This document shows positions 60,521 through 64,000 of a DNA stretch of 64,000 bases, piece after piece. The stretch comes from Lama guanicoe (taxonomy: Eukaryota): positions 1,697,026 through 1,761,025 of the forward strand of contig MU053933.1 of the NCBI GenBank assembly GCA_013239625.1, written 5' to 3'. Numbering within the stretch: position 1 is the first letter of the stretch; each line of letters opens with the position of its first letter. The notes below the pieces were generated by a model, which was given only the letters and a program-made list of their open reading frames with translations, was not told the origin of the DNA and did no database searches. The translations under genes and the position numbers were made by a program.

Positions 60521-62749
60521 CTCGTACTAGGAATGCCGGCCGGGCTGAGCACCTTAAAAGCCCTCATCGCTCAGTTCTCTCCCGCTCTGCGCTGAGTGGC
60601 TCTTATTTGTGTTTTCCGATGAGGACGAGCCCTTTGCCTGTGCCCGCCTGCCCCGTGGCCCCTCTGGGGTTCGGAGCCCCTGCCCTGCCCCGAGGGCGGG
60701 CGTGTGTGGTGCCCTGGAGGACGCGCGTGCTGGCCGTCACGTCCTGCGCCAGCCCTGCGGACCCAGCCGTCGCTGCCCTGGCGGGAGAGGCCGGGAGGGC
60801 CCTGGGGCCCGGGCTGTGGGGCGGCCCTCCACGTGGACCCCCAGGCGCTGACGCTCCTGAGAGCCAGCCCAGCGTGGCCCCGGGCAGAGCGCTCAGTCGC
60901 TGGCTGCGGCCCCTCACTGACAAACCGCAGGACAAACAAAGCATCTCTTCTGTGTGATTACTGCAGGTTTGGCTCGTGCTGGTTTCCGCCAACTCTCCTT
61001 ACAGGTTTAAGATGGTCGGAAGGCTTTCCTTAGTCTGTCTTGGGCACTGATGCTGAAACACCAGCCCCCCGCCGTGGCCCACGTGGACCGTGGACTCAGA
61101 ACTGAGTGCAAGGCCCTCACGCCCTCAGGGAGGGGCCCTGCGGCCGGGATGTGGGAGGTGGGCAGAGGGAGGAGTCGGTGGGAGTCCCCGCCCGGCTCCA
61201 CCCTGGGCCGAGTTTGAGGACGGGCTCTCTTTGCTCTAAAGGCAACGTGAGGGGCCGAGCAGAGGGCTCAGACTGTGACCGCCAGGTAGTGTCTAGAGAA
61301 GGCGTGTCCCCTGCAGGGTAAGCTTTTTCCTTAGAAAACAGTCTTGCCGGTGTTCAGCGTGATTGGTGGGACTGTCGTAACCGCTGCAGAGACAAAAGAC
61401 GGGAGCTTTATAAGCGAGCAAGATAATTTCTGTTAATATTTAAATTTTAATCAAAGAAGTGATACGTGCTTATAAAAATAAAACACAGAACCAAATCTGA
61501 TAAATAATCAAAATTTTATTCTTTACTCCACCTGAATCCAACCCTTTTTCCTGGAGGGAACTACTATGAATGGCTTGTGGTTTGTCCTTCCAGACCTTGT
61601 CAAAACACACATGAGAACATACCTGCACAGAGTTTCTAAAACTGTGTTTACCTGTCACAACATGCACCTGTGCAACGTGATTGTTAACTTCCTTGGGAGT
61701 CTTAGTGCACATAGACCCACCTCATTTAAAAAACTTAACTTCCTCTTTTATGCATATATTCTAAAGAGCACAGTTGGATATACACGTGTGTCCACACGCA
61801 TGCACACACGTACACACACATGCTTTACAGGAAGTGTCTGGTGATGGTTTCAGAGCACAGGTCATAGTTTATTTGGACCCAAGTACTCTTCCCAGAGATG
61901 TGTTTGCATGTCTCAGAAGGCGTCATAGAGCCAGCACGCTCGGACTCGTGTTGAGGGAGGGGCTGGCGGGGGCCGGGGGCGCGGTGGCGCTGGTCCGCGG
62001 AGACGGCCGCGAGGGCCCCGTGGCTCTGCCGTGTCGGACCGGCCCCGCCCGGCCCAGCTGCCCTACCCGCTGGAAGGTGGCCTCTGCCCCCTGCCCGCAT
62101 GGCGTCTCTGGCTGGTGCAGTTCCTAAGTTTGCAGGGGGCGAGGGGGGAGGCCCTGCATGAACAGTGGCCTGGGCCAGAGTCCCTTTTCACCAGGGAGTG
62201 TCTGCTTTCTGGAACATTCCACGCTGTTCCTCTTGTGATGTGCACTCACGTCTGCAGGCATTTTATTGCCTGGTCACCAGTGCTCGTTAGTGAGGCTGCA
62301 TCCTTCAAGCACCTAAAGTCCGAGCATGGCCGGGCTTCCGCTGACTCCGCTTGTCCGCGAGGCCGTGATACCGGGGCCCTGTCTCTTGTCCCATGGACGC
62401 TGATGGCCTGGCAACGCCTCATCTCTTGTGAATAGACCTGAAAACTGGAGAACCCTCTCGAGTCCCCAGGTCGGAGCACCAGGCATCCTGCCACCTGCCT
62501 GGCTCCACACCAGCAGCTCCGACTGGGGCAGGAGTGGGGCTGCACCTGGGGGACGCGTCTCCTGGGGCCAGGGTTCCCTCAGCCGCTGCCCCCACTTGGC
62601 GTTGCCTGAAGTGGTCTCCCGTGGAAACGTCGGGACAGAGGCAGGCAGGGGTGGTGCTCAGACAGCCCTGGATGCTGAAGGAAGACCTGTCGCCTCACAC
62701 ACCTGGGGCCCCTTCTTGGTTTTAGTGCCACTTCGTGTCTTTCTGGTCC

Positions 62750-63715
62750 CTCCAGCGATGTGAGCATCTCCCAAGGAAGCTCCTGGCAGACCCGGCCGGG
62801 AGGCACTGCCAGCCTGAGTGCTGCTGCCAGCCCACCGGCACCCTGTCCTCACCAGGGACTCGCCTGAAGAACTTACTGGATCTTCTGTGCAGACAGTCAT
62901 GTCATCGACGAATGACAAGAGCTTGTTTTCTTCTTTTAAGTCCTATTTCTCTTATTTCTTTATGTGTCTTATCACAGTGGCTGCGGTAAGATCTCTGAGC
63001 AGCAGGAGCCGTGGTGGCAGAGGCCCGTAAGCAGCTATGAGTGGGGTTGAACTCACCCTCTGCTTTTCCTGAATCTAATGACACGATCATGTCGGTTTTT
63101 TCCTTTTATCTCTTGCTGACAGTAACTAGATTTCTTGATTTTCTGTCGTAGACCATTCCTGTGTCCTGGTATAAACCAAATTTGGTCAAGTGTGCTTTGG
63201 TGACTACATGGCTGCAATCAGTTTGCTAATGTACATTATTGCCAGTGGCCCATCTGTGTTCACGCACGTGACCGGCTTGTTAAGTAACGGGCATTTTGCC
63301 TGCTTCCTGCTGTTTGCTGGAGTGGCCCTAGTGTTTGTCCTTTAAGTAAACGCTGACTCTGGGTCTTAGGTACTGTCACCTCGCAGGGAACTATACAGTG
63401 AGTGTGCCATCTCGGGGGGAAGTGTGTAGTGAGCATATGTAATACTTCCAGTTGCTCTTACTTTTTTGAGTGTTTTAATCAGGAAGTGAAGTTAGATTTT
63501 GTTAAATTACCTGTCTAGCATTCTTTTTAAAGAAATAGGGCGGATTTTATTGATAGATTGTCCACTATCAAACTATCCTTGCATTCATGGAACAGACCCC
63601 ACTTGGTCACCATGTATAGTTTTTTAATGTGCTGTTAGATTCTGTTTGCTAAATTTTAATTTAATTTTAATTTGCTAAGTTTTAAAGGAATTTTTGTGTT
63701 TGTATTCATAAGTAA
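62750..63715 (-). mobile_element. Antisense L1M ORF2 fragments
   Basis: ORF 62658..62918(-) SFVDDMTVCTEDP is the degenerate L1 RT motif LFADDMIVY.ENP; atccttgcattc..ccccacttggtca. Confidence 0.75.
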
Positions 63716-63719
63716 AGAG

Positions 63720-63810
63720 CAATGAGTCTCAAATGTTTGGTCTCTTTACCGATAATCTTAAAGAATTACTGAGGACCCTAAAGAACTTCTGCTTTTGTGA
63801 GTTGTGTCTA
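63720..63810. mobile_element. Charlie1-like DNA transposon end
   Basis: tctcaaa..tttggtctc..atcttaaagaattactgaggaccctaaagaactt. Confidence 0.6.
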
Positions 63811-64000
63811 CTGTGGTTCCCAGCAGGGGGTGGGCCTGCTCCCACCCAAGGGGACATGCGGTGCCATCAGGAGATGTTTTTGGTGGTCACAGTGTGTGTG
63901 GCGGGCTGCGGCTGCCAGCATCTAGTGGGGGATTCAGGGACGCTGCCAGGTATCCCACGAAGCCCAGGGCATCCCCACAGCAAAGGAGCACCTTGTCCAA
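63811..64000. mobile_element. MER20 hAT-Charlie element (truncated by window end)
   Basis: gtggttccca..gggg...ggggacat...ggagatgtttttggtggtcaca...gcatctagtggg...cagggacgctgc. Confidence 0.8.

Noticed and set aside
1..64000. CRISPR arrays, operons, NUMTs, non-retroviral endogenous viral elements, rRNA
   Set aside because: No repeat-spacer arrays, gene-dense blocks, or recognisable mitochondrial, viral or rRNA sequence seen; the window is mammalian intergenic and intronic DNA

Overview
Mammalian genomic DNA, GC-rich and repeat-dense. It is most likely camelid, inferred from five tRNA-Ala-derived SINEs of the Vic-1 type and cetartiodactyl-type L1 3' ends. I find no convincing protein-coding exon of a host gene. 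The main structure is a CpG-island promoter (~35.2-36.3 kb, with a 56-nt assembly gap) carrying an ATG-less first exon and a strong + strand donor (CAG|GTGAGC at 35756/35757). A clean 94-nt ATG-less internal exon lies at 58141-58234. Together these look like the 5' UTR of a large gene whose CDS lies beyond the window. The rest is upstream intergenic and intronic DNA filled with L1, L2, MIR, MaLR/ERV LTRs, hAT DNA transposons and SINEs. Repeat family names come from recalled consensus sequences, not from a search. The most notable observations are: a 19/21 RE1/NRSE (REST) match ~21 kb upstream; very local AT-to-GC hypermutation of repeats (GC-biased gene conversion signature); a circularly permuted and tandemly duplicated L1 3' fragment; two sequential retro-insertions sharing one triplicated target site; and splice signals for a possible divergent antisense lncRNA. 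I do not see a novel biological system; the long ORFs are GC-content artefacts or L1 remnants.
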